Positions 23,074-35,100 of a DNA stretch of 64,000 nt are shown piece after piece. How positions within the stretch are numbered: position 1 is the first letter of the stretch; every line of letters starts with the position of its first letter. A program made the position numbers and the translations under genes. The notes under the pieces were generated by a model that was not told the DNA's origin, searched no databases, and worked only from the letters and a program-made list of their open reading frames with translations. The DNA comes from Klebsormidium nitens (taxonomy: Eukaryota; Plantae; Klebsormidiophyceae), in assembly GCA_000708835.1 (NCBI GenBank), contig DF237275.1, forward strand, positions 1 through 64,000, read 5' to 3'.

Positions 23074-26000
23074 TTAATCAATTGGGTGTTTGCTCGCTTG
23101 TTGGGCCGTGTGTTGGGCAGTAACCAAAAGTATGGAAAGGAGGGCACTGACAATGAAAATAGCGTCGAACCACCGGTGATAGAAATTGTATTGGATGTCG
23201 CCCCCAATCTCCAGTACCTCGGTGATGATCGATCTGCCATGAAGAAGAGGGCCGCGTTTCAAGTAGAGAAGCAACAGCTGAGTTCAGGAGGGCTGACTCA
23301 AACATGCTCGCAACATTGCTAAACTAATATTTTATTGAGGGCTCCTCAGTCTGCGCTCTTCTTACCGCAAGGAGTCGGAAGCAGATTGTTCGAGTGGCCT
23401 GTATGCACCTGCTACAACCCAGCACGACGAAACCCAGAAGCCGTCAAACCGGCCGTCAATGTCCCAGCTTGTACCCAGTGCATATCATGAAAACGGAGCC
23501 AGACTCTTCGCTCCACAGCTTCTTTACGACCGCTCTCACCTGTACTTCTCCGACAAGCTCCGCCGAATTAGGAGGATGGACGACACGAAGTACATGCCCA
23601 TGATCTCGGTCAGTAGAAGTACCAAGATGCTCGTCGACCCACTCGGGCCGCCCCCCGCTATTTTCGTAAAGATCTGCACGCAGGACAACTCGGCAGTTCG
23701 CTATTAGCAGCCTGGAATGCGCGATTCGAACCGCGATGTAAGGTGTGCTTGAAGGGGAGCCTTAGAGTGGAGCAGGAAGAGAGAGCCACCTCATATTCAC
23801 AATATAGACAGAAACGGAAGGCAGACTCTGCCGTGGTTCTTTTCACTACTTTCCAATTCAAATACTGGATCGATCAGGTCTTTGACTACGATCGCGTCTT
23901 TGTCTGTATGACAAAGTGGCAAATCGTAGACGAATGCCAGGCCATGGGAGGCAGCCGTACGAAACGAGCAACTTCGAAGACCAGAGCGGCAGCGCTCACT
24001 TTCAACACGTTGGCCAGGAAGCTCCGCATGGAGATGCCGATGAGAAGGCCGATGAATAGGAGGGATATGTGCTGCACCAAGAAACGAGTGGGTCAGATGT
24101 GTTGTCAACGGGGGGCCCAGTGCGAAGGGTACGCTCGAGTAGGGCGTACTTTTTCTTTGGAGCGGACATCTGAACGTCAACAACAGGAACGACAGCAGAC
24201 TGTGTGAACGGGACTTAAAAGTAGGTGATCGAAGGAAAGCAGCTATCTGCTGGAAAGACAACTCCAGGCCACAGCGAATCAGTTAACGCTCAGGTATCTG
24301 ACTCAAACGTGTGTCACGCGCTCTATGTGGCTCCTTTCAAATCTTCCTCGATCGTTACAGTTTGCGAATACAGAAGAATGTCCGGTTGGGCACGCAGAGC
24401 TTTGCTACGAGGTCGACATCATAAAAGGACAATCCAGCGCGGAAGCGACGGTTTCGTGGCCGTATAATCTATCCTTACCTGTCCCCACACAGCCGCGTTT
24501 ATTTTGATGTGAAGGAACTGGAAGATGATCTGCATCATGTTGGTCACGGGGTCCGTCGTGTGTACCTACAAACGAGTGCTGAAGCAGTTAAGAGCAAAGC
24601 GCAAACATTTCAAGACGAGAAATGACCCTCAGCCAATCGCTGAATAGTAGAATAGTAGAGTTGGGGAACAGGCTATGCGCTGCACCCACCAGGCACCCCA
24701 CTCGTTGAGAACAACAGTAGGTGTTGAGAAAGAGACCCTTTCATGTGCTGTTAAGGTAACAAACCCCTGAGAGTCGTCATTGTTCCTCATCAAGACCAAG
24801 GAGCCGTGTCCGCTTGCATCTACTCCGCAGAAGCACAGACTGCGTACGCAAACTCGCTTGTTGCGAGATGATGCGGCGAGGCGAAAGATGAGGCGAGAGG
24901 AGACTCACGTCCTCCACGAACATGCTCTGGCCCGACTTGAACATCTTGTAGACGCAGTACACGGACGCGCCGTAACCGAGTAGGTTCCGGAGGTGGCCTC
25001 GGAACGTCCGTGAGTAGGCCATCGCGTCCTGCAGAAAGGTGAAGGGAATTAGCAACGAAAGAATATTGTCGAGCTGAGCAAGCGCACGAGGGAGCTGCGG
25101 GTATTGCGAGGGGCTTGAGCCTCCTCGCTTTGATTGTAGCGACTCAGCGTGAGGACTATTGTTCAAGGGCCCAAACCAGAGTGCTTTGGACAAGACGGAA
25201 ATGAAGTAAGATACGGTGAAGACGCGACGAAACGCAGGATGATATGTGAGATTTTTGACCGCTATGCAACAGCGAAACTTTCTCCTGTTGAGAAAGACAA
25301 ACACGGCTATCGGTGATCGAGCTGACAAGACGGAGAGATAGAGCAGCGGCTTTCTCCAAGCAGTGGTGGTAGTGCCTCTGCCGGAAGCGTGGGCTTCACA
25401 TGCAGAGACTCCCTTCAAAAACTTCTTAGAATTTAGTTGCGGTCGTCCGAGGGGCTTATTGGAAGGCATTGGTCGGTTGTGACTCGTCGTATGTTGAAGG
25501 GGGCGTCGTGTGACACATAACGCCTCGGCGAGCAGAGAGCTCGTCTGCCCGCAGATTGGTCGCTAGATTTGGTACCACTTGATAAAGTTCTTGGCGACAC
25601 GAGAGCAGAATTTCAAGCGAAGTGGCCGCCGCAGTACCACGTGGGTAGCCGCCCTCTTACAAGGGCTATCACCCCTCTTCGACACCCCCGGTCCGACATC
25701 CTCAATGCGTCATCGACGTCTGTTAACAGCTATTAACACTCCTTGTGAAAAGCCAAGCGTTTGGTGACGCGCGGTTACCTTGGCTTGTTGCAGTTCGTGG
25801 AGGTCGACGAACAGCTGCGACGACAGCTCCTCCAGCGTGCGCACCTCCGCCTCCATCCCCCGGATCTTCTCCTCCTTCTCGTCTTCCTGGCCCGTCCGGA
25901 CCACCGTGCTCACGAACCGGGTCAGAAAAGACCGGCCTTGAGCGTCCTGGAGAGCCGAAAACTCAGGTCATTGGCGAGCGCAGAGCCGCAAAATTCTTGT

Positions 26001-27901
26001 ACCACACGATGTCCCAAGCTTTTGAACATTTGCAGAGCTGAAAGAGACGCTGTAAAGCGGCTCGTGAAGAGCGACCAGCCACAGCAATCCTAAACAATCG
26101 ACCTGTTCCCGAGCGGCTGCTAACGGCCAGAACCTTGCTCAGAACTGGTTCGCAGTGTTCGACTGACTTGGGTCAGACATAGAGGAAGAAAGCTCACTTC
26201 TCTCGATCCCTGCATCTTCTGCATCTCCATCCTGGCCAGCACAATCTTCTTCTTCTTAGCCACCGTGAGCTCCAACGTCTGCGCCAGGCGCTGCTTCAAC
26301 GCATCGATCTCCTCTGGTTCAATTTGCCTGCAGGACTCCATAGAGGACCTTGTTATCTCATCGCACACAGCCGACCAATGCGATGGCCTCCTGTCCTTTC
26401 AGAAAAGGGAAACCAAAACCAAGCGAGCGGAGGAGGTTCGAATCAGAAGCAGGAGAGCTGGTCGCGAAAGCAGATGACTCTTGAGAGACCGGTTGCAGGC
26501 TAGCTTTTCCAGAAATATGGTCGTCTGCATCGTGACACCACTTCATTGTCGCTTCAGAACAAGCAAAAAGTTTCCTGATGACGCGTTGGAACAGGAGAAA
26601 AAACGGACAAACAACCTGTTTTGTCAGTGAAGCACATCCAAAGGTGACGCTCGAAACAAGTACAGTGAGGCCGCTCCAACTCACCTAAGAAACACTGAGA
26701 TGTAGCTATATGGCAGGCTGACAGCTCCGTAGCCTGCCAGAACGGCAACCAGCGACACGCCAATAACTCCAACTCGACTCACAAGTTGCGCCATCGTGAA
26801 GAAACCTGCATAATTGGCATGTCCTGAGGTACATCTCTGCCCTTTTCCATTTACAACACTTAGGAAGCGCAGAGGAAGAGCGGCTTGCATGAGGTGCAAC
26901 TTCAACAAAGTGTGCAGGAGAAAGAAACATTCTTTGATTGTACTCAAACTTGTGTTGTGGCTTCATCATAGAGAACTGTATCCTGCCGAGCACGAAAGGC
27001 AGATGCCAGTCAATCAGACAGCGAAAGAACGGAGAGAGATTTGAGAGGTCGATGATGTGACAGGGCGTACCTCGTTGTCCCTTCTCGTCTGAGAAGGGAA
27101 AGTGGACACCCATTCTCCAAAAAGCATAGAGAAAGGTAGAGAGGAACAGCAGGGCAGCAAACGCCGCCCTTTCCGATTTCATGCCTGCACGAAACGCATT
27201 GTTAGGACATTGGCTGCTCTGATTTCCTTACATGACCTACAAGAACATGAGGCATCAGAACGTCAGGACATGGCTTCGTTCAGATTGGTGAGTGGGGCAA
27301 ATCTGATGGTGCTTAGGGCAATGAAGAGATGACGAGATTGAAACGAGAAAGCAGGTACCTTGAGTACAGAGTACACGCAGGAAGATGTAATATGGGAGCA
27401 CCACAACCAGGGTAGCAATCAAGCAGACCAGGTCGATCTTCCAATTCAACCAACGGGCCCTGCACATCAACGCGTCAGATGAGAATCAGTAGCCTAAAAG
27501 CGGGGGCTAAGATGCAAAGACTTGACACCGCACATTGGTGAAACAGGATGAGAGGCATGCACACTCCTGATTGAATGAGCTAGGTTGATCAAGAGCTAGT
27601 GAATGGACTCTCAAAAACAATGCACTGGGTACGTTTCCAAAGGACACATGCCGCGGGAGCATCACAGGTTCTGGCACTCCACTCACCCCTTTCCAAGCAC
27701 AGGGAGTATCTCAAAGAGCACCAGCTGCAGCAGGTTGGTGGAGAATGCAAAGGTGCTCGCAAACAGGATCTGGACCCAGATGTGTTTCTCTTCATAGTCC
27801 ATGTACAGCTTGCTATTAAGGAACCACCACCCAATGGAGAAGAGAATCCCGAGTGACCCAGAGATGACCAGGAACTCGAACGCCTGGGTCCAGATATCCA
27901 T
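23074..27901 (-). CDS. GTG1: GPCR-type G protein / Golgi pH regulator (GTG1/2, GPR89 family)
   Basis: Multi-exon gene. Conserved segments: [13 protein letters not shown]...[33 protein letters not shown]...[97 protein letters not shown]. Confidence 0.97.
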
Positions 27902-28809
27902 TGCGGCAAGGCTGCCGAATCTGCTTTGACCACTTGCACTACATCTGTCCCACCGTCAGAAAGCGTCAGAAAGCTTGGGGAATCAATTTCAGGAGTGCCG
28001 AGATGCGATGCGCCCGCAGGATGATACGCTGCTAAGGAGGCCTCATATGGAAACTATCGCTTCGGAAGAGGTACTCGATCACTGGCTTCGCCTGGACTTT
28101 CAGCAGATGGATTCCGACTTTGTTTCTCCATCAGCATGTTAAGTCCCTCAGAAGAGGAGTCCAAGCTCACAATTGGCCTCGGCTCTTGGTTGATCACGCG
28201 TCTAGCTGCCAACAAGCGCAGCCGCTATAATTCTCGTCAACAGGACTTTATATCCTCCACCCCTGAGGCAGCCAACAACGCTTGTACTGCAAACCAATGC
28301 GCCTGCAATCGCCCTGAGTCTTCATTGCAGAGGGCAAAGTGTTCTGTCCATAGACTTGAAGTGAAGACTGATATGCAACATCTGATCAGAGTTGCAAAGG
28401 ATATGTATGAGACTTTCGTCGTATACAGATCTAGTGTCGGATGCCAAGCAACCGGCCCCCCCGCAAGTGCAGCGTGCCTGTTCCTAGACCAGCCGGTATA
28501 GCTTGAACCGACCACATTCCCTAGCTCCGAAGGTTCCGGTTAGCATTTCCTGTGCATCATGCAGGATTGCTCTCGTGGTTTAACTCAAATTGCCAGGGAC
28601 GTTTTGCCTTTCTGCTGGAAGACTGTCCATGCAGACGATCAGAGTGTGCAATGGCGGCTTCATCATTTTTCTGAGGACCTTTGAAGCTCAAGAGGTCGAG
28701 GTCCTTTCGTGAGTTGAGTTCAGAGATGAGGTGCGCTACAGTAAGCGGAAGCGTTCTTCATACAGAGCACAGCGTCTCGTCCCGCTGGGCGCCAAGATGT
28801 TGGAGCGAT

Positions 28810-30924
28810 ATGGCGGGCGCTGGTGCCGGCAGTCCAGTCATCATGACAGAGCAGCGCATTCAAACGATCGTTTCAATGACTGTCCGCAGCTTGCGGACAG
28901 CTTCCGTTCCGCAAACAGCAAAGCATTTGCAAAGTTTTGGCCTACGACCAGAGTGTGCCGCACTGTCGGTGAGAGCGCCGTGTCGGCTGCGAGAAGGTCC
29001 AACCAAGAGGAGGAAGGTGCCCTTTAGGCTCGGGAAGAACCTCAGGGTGGCGGCGATGAATGAAGGGGACGAGTATGAAAGGAGAGCTTCAGGAACAGAC
29101 TCGCTCTTGGATGCTCTCAGAGGTGCTGAGACGACTTTCGCAGAGCGGGGGCGAAGGTCGCCACCACGTTCGGATGACACTTACTCAAACGATCAGGAAG
29201 AGACGAATGCTAGGACAGGTGGTCTTCTGGAAGCTCTGCGTGCTCTGGAGCACAAGCGGCTACCGAAAGGCAGCAATGATGCTGGTGTAGGCTTAAAGTC
29301 TCCCTTTGCCCCTTCCAGTCAAGGCCCACAGCCTCCTTTTCCAAGTTCCGTGGGGCCTAGCAGGCAGTCTAAATCACGGGCGATGGTTGAGGTGGGTAGT
29401 CTGGTAGACGTGGTCGTCAAGAAGGACCAGGTGAATGGCCGTCTGACGAGGGGGTTGGTGGCAAAGATCCTCACCAACAGTGCTGACCACCCTTGGGGAA
29501 TCAAGGTTTGTCCTTCACACTTCTTCTGGCACTGTGAACAGACTTACAAGTGGGCTTGAAAACTCGTGACAAAGCCGGTGACTTATTGCATTTCTTGCGG
29601 TACAACAGCTTTCCTGTTCTCGCCCAACAGTCCAGAGGCAAAATTGCTCCTCTTCAGCAGCACCCATGGTTAGTTGCCCGAATGTCTTTCGAGATCTTAG
29701 CAGCCATGGTCAAGTCAACCTGGTCTGCAAGCGCTGGCATCTGTACACAGACTCTCTTTTTCTGCCGTCCAAACCTGATGTCTCCAGAACATGCCTGTGA
29801 GCACATCTGACAGGCTACCTTGCTCCTTGATGGATATGCAGGTAAGGTTGAAGGGCGGGGAGGTCGGACGGATTCACGAGATCATTTCCCCTCCTTCTAG
29901 TTCCACGTCCTGGCAGGATGAGGAGAACCTCCGGGGCGGTTCACCGGAGCCCGTTGCAGAGGACGGCAACGACGATGATAAGGAGAGTTCGAGTGGAAGG
30001 ACAGCAGTGGATTCAAAAGGGGACAGAAAGCAAGGGGCAAGTAGTGTGCGGGACACCAAGATATTCCTAACGGGCCTGTCAAGGGAGGCGACAAATGAGG
30101 ACCTACAAGAAGCGTTGCGGGGGGTCGACGGAGTGCGAAACGCGTTTGTGGTCCTAAACAAGCAGAAGCAGTGCCAGGGGTACGGTTTTGTGCAACTGGA
30201 GGGAGACGTCGAACAGGGGCTCGCAATCATGAACGAGGTGGAGGTTCGGGGACAAAAGCTGATTGCAGCGGTCTCCATAGAGAAGAAGCAGAAGGCGAGC
30301 GGAGTGCCTCCTGCCGAGACGGTGGCTGACGTCGACGGCAGTCGAGCAGCGAAAGAGAAAGAGGGGCCTCAACTGAAGCGGCCAGCGAACGGCCAGCCGT
30401 CCAAGGATGGGGCGAGGCTACTCCTAGAAGCTTTCCGGGGAATGCAGGAGAAACGAGCGGCGAAACCCGCCCGGGCTCGAAAACGGGGTGGGCGGGGCGG
30501 CGGTCGGATTCGGACGGGAGAGGACGAAGACAGTGACGATAACGAAGAGCTGGCGTCTTCTGCGATGGGGGACGAGGCTGACATCTCTGAGGATGATGAG
30601 AACGGGTCGGGAGAGCCACGTGTGATCACCATCAGTGATGATAGTCCTAGAACGACAGACCCTAACCAGCCTAGTATGGGTCAACTCGTTATGGCAGCCA
30701 TGGAAAGAGCACGAGAGCAGAAGGGCATCGAGAAAAGTTCGGCTGCAGTTGCTTCGACGAAGGGCGTAGCAGTTTTAAGAGGTGGGCATGTTTCGTCAGA
30801 CGATGAGTCGAATGAACTCCCTCTAAAACCTTTGAGGATAGACCCTGACTGGACAGCAAAGATTGAAGCGTTAAGTCGAAGGTTAGAAAAGGTGAAGCGC
30901 CTCCCAATCGACATTCGATCCTGA
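28810..30924 (+). CDS. DUF2196 (YwbE-like) domain plus RRM fusion protein with probable plastid transit peptide
   Basis: Two exons: about 28810-29505 (alternative in-frame ATGs at 28726, 28843, 28876) and 29842-30924, phase 0. The spliced sequence GSLVDVVVKKDQVNGRLTRGLVAKILTNSADHPWGIK|VRLKGGEVGRI matches my recollection of the YwbE/DUF2196 signature. The RRM has RNP2 IFLTGL and RNP1 QGYGFVQL. It is followed by an RGGRGGGR patch and an acidic tract. Confidence 0.85.
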
Positions 30925-32147
30925 GGGCCTTGTATGAGGTTGCACGCTTTTTTGGTTCCCAAGCTGTTGAACAGCCGTCATTGGAGTTTCAGATTGCTAA
31001 TTAGACTGGCGATTCTGTGCAGCTGCAAGTTGTCAATCTACATGGACCGCGCATGATTGTATAACCGCGAAGTTTGGTCTTCTCGTGACTTGCATATAAG
31101 AGAGTCACTGGCATATCTAGCCTGCGATTAGGAATTACTCCGCAATTATGTGGAGCACGGTCCTGCCTCGGCTACATGGATCAAAAAAGTATGTTCCATG
31201 TAAGGAGCTAGTCTGGAATCTGAATGCAACTAGGTCGGAATTGTGTATCGTGGGAGTAAACGTATGGGCAAGGTCATGCAATTGATTATGATGCGCGATC
31301 GTCGTCGATCTGCGTAAGCACTCTTCTCGTGCAGATCGGACATGTGCTATAGCAAGAGTGCGTCAGCCGCTCATGTGACAATGTTCGGAAGCTAGCGTAC
31401 GGACTTTCCAAAATATTTGCGGCATGGGCGCTGTTTTATGCACTTATATTGAACCTCCCCTTGACAGGCTTGTAATAAACGGTGCTCCAGATCATGCATG
31501 CTAGAATGTCGGCTCTCATAGAAAATTTAGCCATGTGCGGATGCAAGTTGCAGGCTAGTCTTCAGCGCAATCGCGCAAATATGAACCGAGTATAACACTG
31601 TCGTCGTGAGCCAGACCAAGCGGTATCGTTTGGACAACCCAGTTTTGAGCGCCTGCCTGGCGCCCGAGATACCGGTACTTATACCGAAGAGTAAGATCTC
31701 ATGTAGTCGAATTCGAACAGCTGCAGCAAGCCGTTGCGACGGCGCGGCGGGTGTGTCACAGCGGCTGCGCTGGACCGACAAATACGACAAAACCGATCAC
31801 AAAGTCTAGATCGAACACATCGATTGATCCTGAATGGGCCAATCCCGTGGACGCACTTACGTCACAGATCGGCATGCATCATTCGGGCACGGTTCTCGGC
31901 CCTCGGGGTTTATATCAGGCTCGGACTTCAAAGAGAACCCTGTTGAAAGAGGATAATAACTGTGCAGCACGATTTCTTGACAGCTGCTTCGAAGTCTCCT
32001 TCCTTTTCCGACGAACTTGATGTGACCTTTCTCCTCCTTCCTTTAGTACGTACCGTTCGACGCTGCTTTGCTGTTAGATGGTCAGAGCAACCGCCGCGTA
32101 GACGACCAAGCTCTCGTAAGAAACTTGTCGTCGAAGCGGCTGTTGTC

Positions 32148-35100
32148 ATGTCGACCCATGCACATGCATCGCCCCTTGACGTGACTAGAAGAGGTCCGTC
32201 CCCCGAGCCATTAATGGCGGGAGCACAGCCAGCTGTCCTCGAAGATACCAAACGACAGCGTACCTCGCAGGAGTATAGACGTGACCACGGGCTTGCTGCG
32301 CACCGTATCCTCGAGAGCGGTTGCTGAACTCGTTGGTCCTTCTCAAGCATGCTTTTTCAACTGGCATCCTCTCGTTCCCTCGGGCGGCAGCTTCGTTGAA
32401 GAGGTCGAAGCTTGAGTTGCTTCTGCTAAACCCTCGCTTAGTACGTGTTGGGAGGCCCGGATCTCGGACCTGTTGGGATTCACACAAGCAACAAATCCAT
32501 CTTCGGTTTGAAAGCAATGAGCGCTGTTTCCAAGGTTGATAACTTGGGTTCGGTACCGTAGCAGTAAGGGGCGTCGCTTTCGGTTTAAAGGTGATAACTT
32601 TGAGAAGTTTTCTTGCGGACTTGCGGGTCGGTTGTCTTCGCGCCTGAGGAAAGAGGCGCTCTTTATCCAAGAAGAAGCTGCACAGCCTACACATCATCCG
32701 GGAATGGTGAGCAAACAATCTTCCTTGCTCATGGTTTTTTCTTTTTCTAAAGAAGGCCACAGAATCCAATCAAAGATTTGACACCTTGGAAGACCATTTT
32801 CATGAAAGGGTCACTCCCAGGCTTCCAATTCCTACAGCTGCAGCGGACAAGAAAAGAAGGTCCTTTGAAAAGAGAAGGCCCTGCTCAGCACTCAGCTTGA
32901 AGCATACGGCGATTCAGCATTCAGCATTCAAGGACAATTTCACCAGGCATTTCACGTGCAAAGCTTTCTTGACCTGGGAGAGACCTTGCTCTGAAAGGAG
33001 TCCCCTTGCATGATCTGGCCTGATAAGGATTGTGCTTGAGATAGAAGGGACACCTCTTGCGATGGCCCAAGGTGAGCTTTCTTGACTTACTGGTCTTTTA
33101 CATTGTTCTTTAGAGTCTGAGGATAAATCACACGAAAGTAGTAGCTTTTTTCAAGATAAAGCAATTGCAAGGACCAACCCTACAGCCCGGAAACTAGACC
33201 TGTATTGCAAAGGCTGAGACAGTTCGTCTTCCTTGCTATTTCTCAGCTGCTGTTAACCGTCAGAGGATCCATGCAAAAATCCTTGCCTTTCGCAAAAGAT
33301 GAACCTTTCCTTGCACATCTTCTGGTTGCATCACTAAGCACAAGGCTGACTTTCACCATAATGACACTTTCCAGGATTGCTCGATGCTTTCTCAAAGCAG
33401 TTGCTTGACATCAACCCCAGCCTGCCAGAGTTGGGAGAATTTTGGAAGGCAACACGTCTGGCTTTTATTGTGCGAAGTTTGAATGAGTTTTTCTCGAGCG
33501 CCTGTTCAATGGTGTATATGTTTCCAATTTTGCCGAAACTGCAGCTTCAGTCATCACGAGACCCTTCATGGCTTTTGCCACTTAGAAAGTTGTTCTTTTT
33601 GGGATTTCCTCTTTTTGTACTGTTCGCCTTCCTTCTTCCGCTCGAGTTTGAGAGGTTTCTGCAGGAATAACCCTCTGCTTTCTGTTCTTGCTGATCATTT
33701 TCAAAAGAAGCTTCCCCTGCCGATGCCCCGCAGCCTGTGCTCTGGCATCTGACTGAAAGAAGCATGCCCCTTTTGCACCCCTGGAAACCCTTCAGCAAGA
33801 TAGAATGGTGGCACCCAAGATCCGCGAGAATCCAGGTGAAGGCAACTGTATGGAAATAGGGGTTGTTTTCAATCAGCTCCAGGAAGAAACAGTGTTCTTA
33901 TGTATTCCGTACTTTATCTCTTCTGTCTCGGGGGGAAAGGGCGACCAATTGAAGTGCACGTGATTCGTTCTTGATGAACCTGCACAAAGAAATATCGATA
34001 AGTCACCCCTTTATACCTCCTTTCTGTAGATCCTCCCTTATGCAAGCTTTCCCGCGCCACCAGGCTCGGTTGATCGTATTTTGGGATCAATTGCATTCTG
34101 ACTGTCGGAGCTTCTACTGACAACTTTTCCTTTGTCATCCCGCAGGTCGCGTCGTGTCCCAAAGCCCGCTTTCCTCGTACAACCCTGGCCGTACCACAGC
34201 CACTCAGAAGGTTGCTCGGGGAGATGACATAGACGCTCATCCAAACGTGATCATGGCACAACGGTCCATAAACGCCCTACTGAAGATCGAGGAAGAGGTT
34301 CCTTTGGACCAGATCTCTCCAACCTGGCCCAAGAAACGAAAGGCAAGGAGACCTTACACCTGAGTCTCTGTCCTTACTACAAGATGCTTCTCTTGAAAAG
34401 CTTGGAAGCTTGTCGCGTTGTGCTTTCAACAGACCATGATGAGTGGCAAACGGTAGAAAGCTGGCCTTACATGTTGAAAAAGGCCTTCACAAAGGTCTGC
34501 TAGCTAGTTGGAAGCTTTGTTCCGTTGATTTTCCATCAGACAGGAATCAGTTGCCGCCTCGTTTTGCTGCCTTGCTTTCATTCCTTGTGATTTGTGATGG
34601 AATACAGGATGCTTTTCGTTTTACTTGAAAGTGCTCCCGCCACGCCTTGTCATTGCTGCCTCCGTTCTGTATCTGCACGCACTTGGTGGGTCAAAGTCCG
34701 TCTGTGAGGTGAAAGTTTGGACGTCTTCCGATGTTACAGATCCAAAGGATCCGATTGGCGATTGAACTGATTGATAGTCAAGCAGAAAAGGTTCCACAAA
34801 AGCTCGAAAGACGCTCTCAGGAGCTTGTTGCATTTGATGTATCCTTGTAAGTTCGTTTGTGGTCTGCAGAAGACCGGCTTTGCTGCGATTATCTGACTCT
34901 CTGGGAGAATCTTTGCAGCCCTGGCGCGAGCGCGCGCAGGGCGCGCGCACGATCAGAGAAGTGGGCACTTCTTTGCTGGAGTTAGAAGAGGGCCTCAGGG
35001 CTCACTATCAGGCGGACTCTCCTCTGATTGACCGCGCGGTGTGGCGGCAAAAGATTGCGGGTCTCCACACCTACGAAGGGGTGAGGGGGCTATCGCACTT

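Noticed and set aside
23074-27901. GTG as an ABA receptor forming an ABA module with the ABRE-bearing LEA-like gene
   Set aside because: The ABA-receptor role of GTGs is disputed, the family is pan-eukaryotic (Golgi pH regulator), and proximity is uninformative.
32430-32706. WVRYRSSKGRRF segment resembling an MBD-domain motif in the putative SWI1 5' exons
   Set aside because: The exon structure here is unverified and the similarity covers too few residues.
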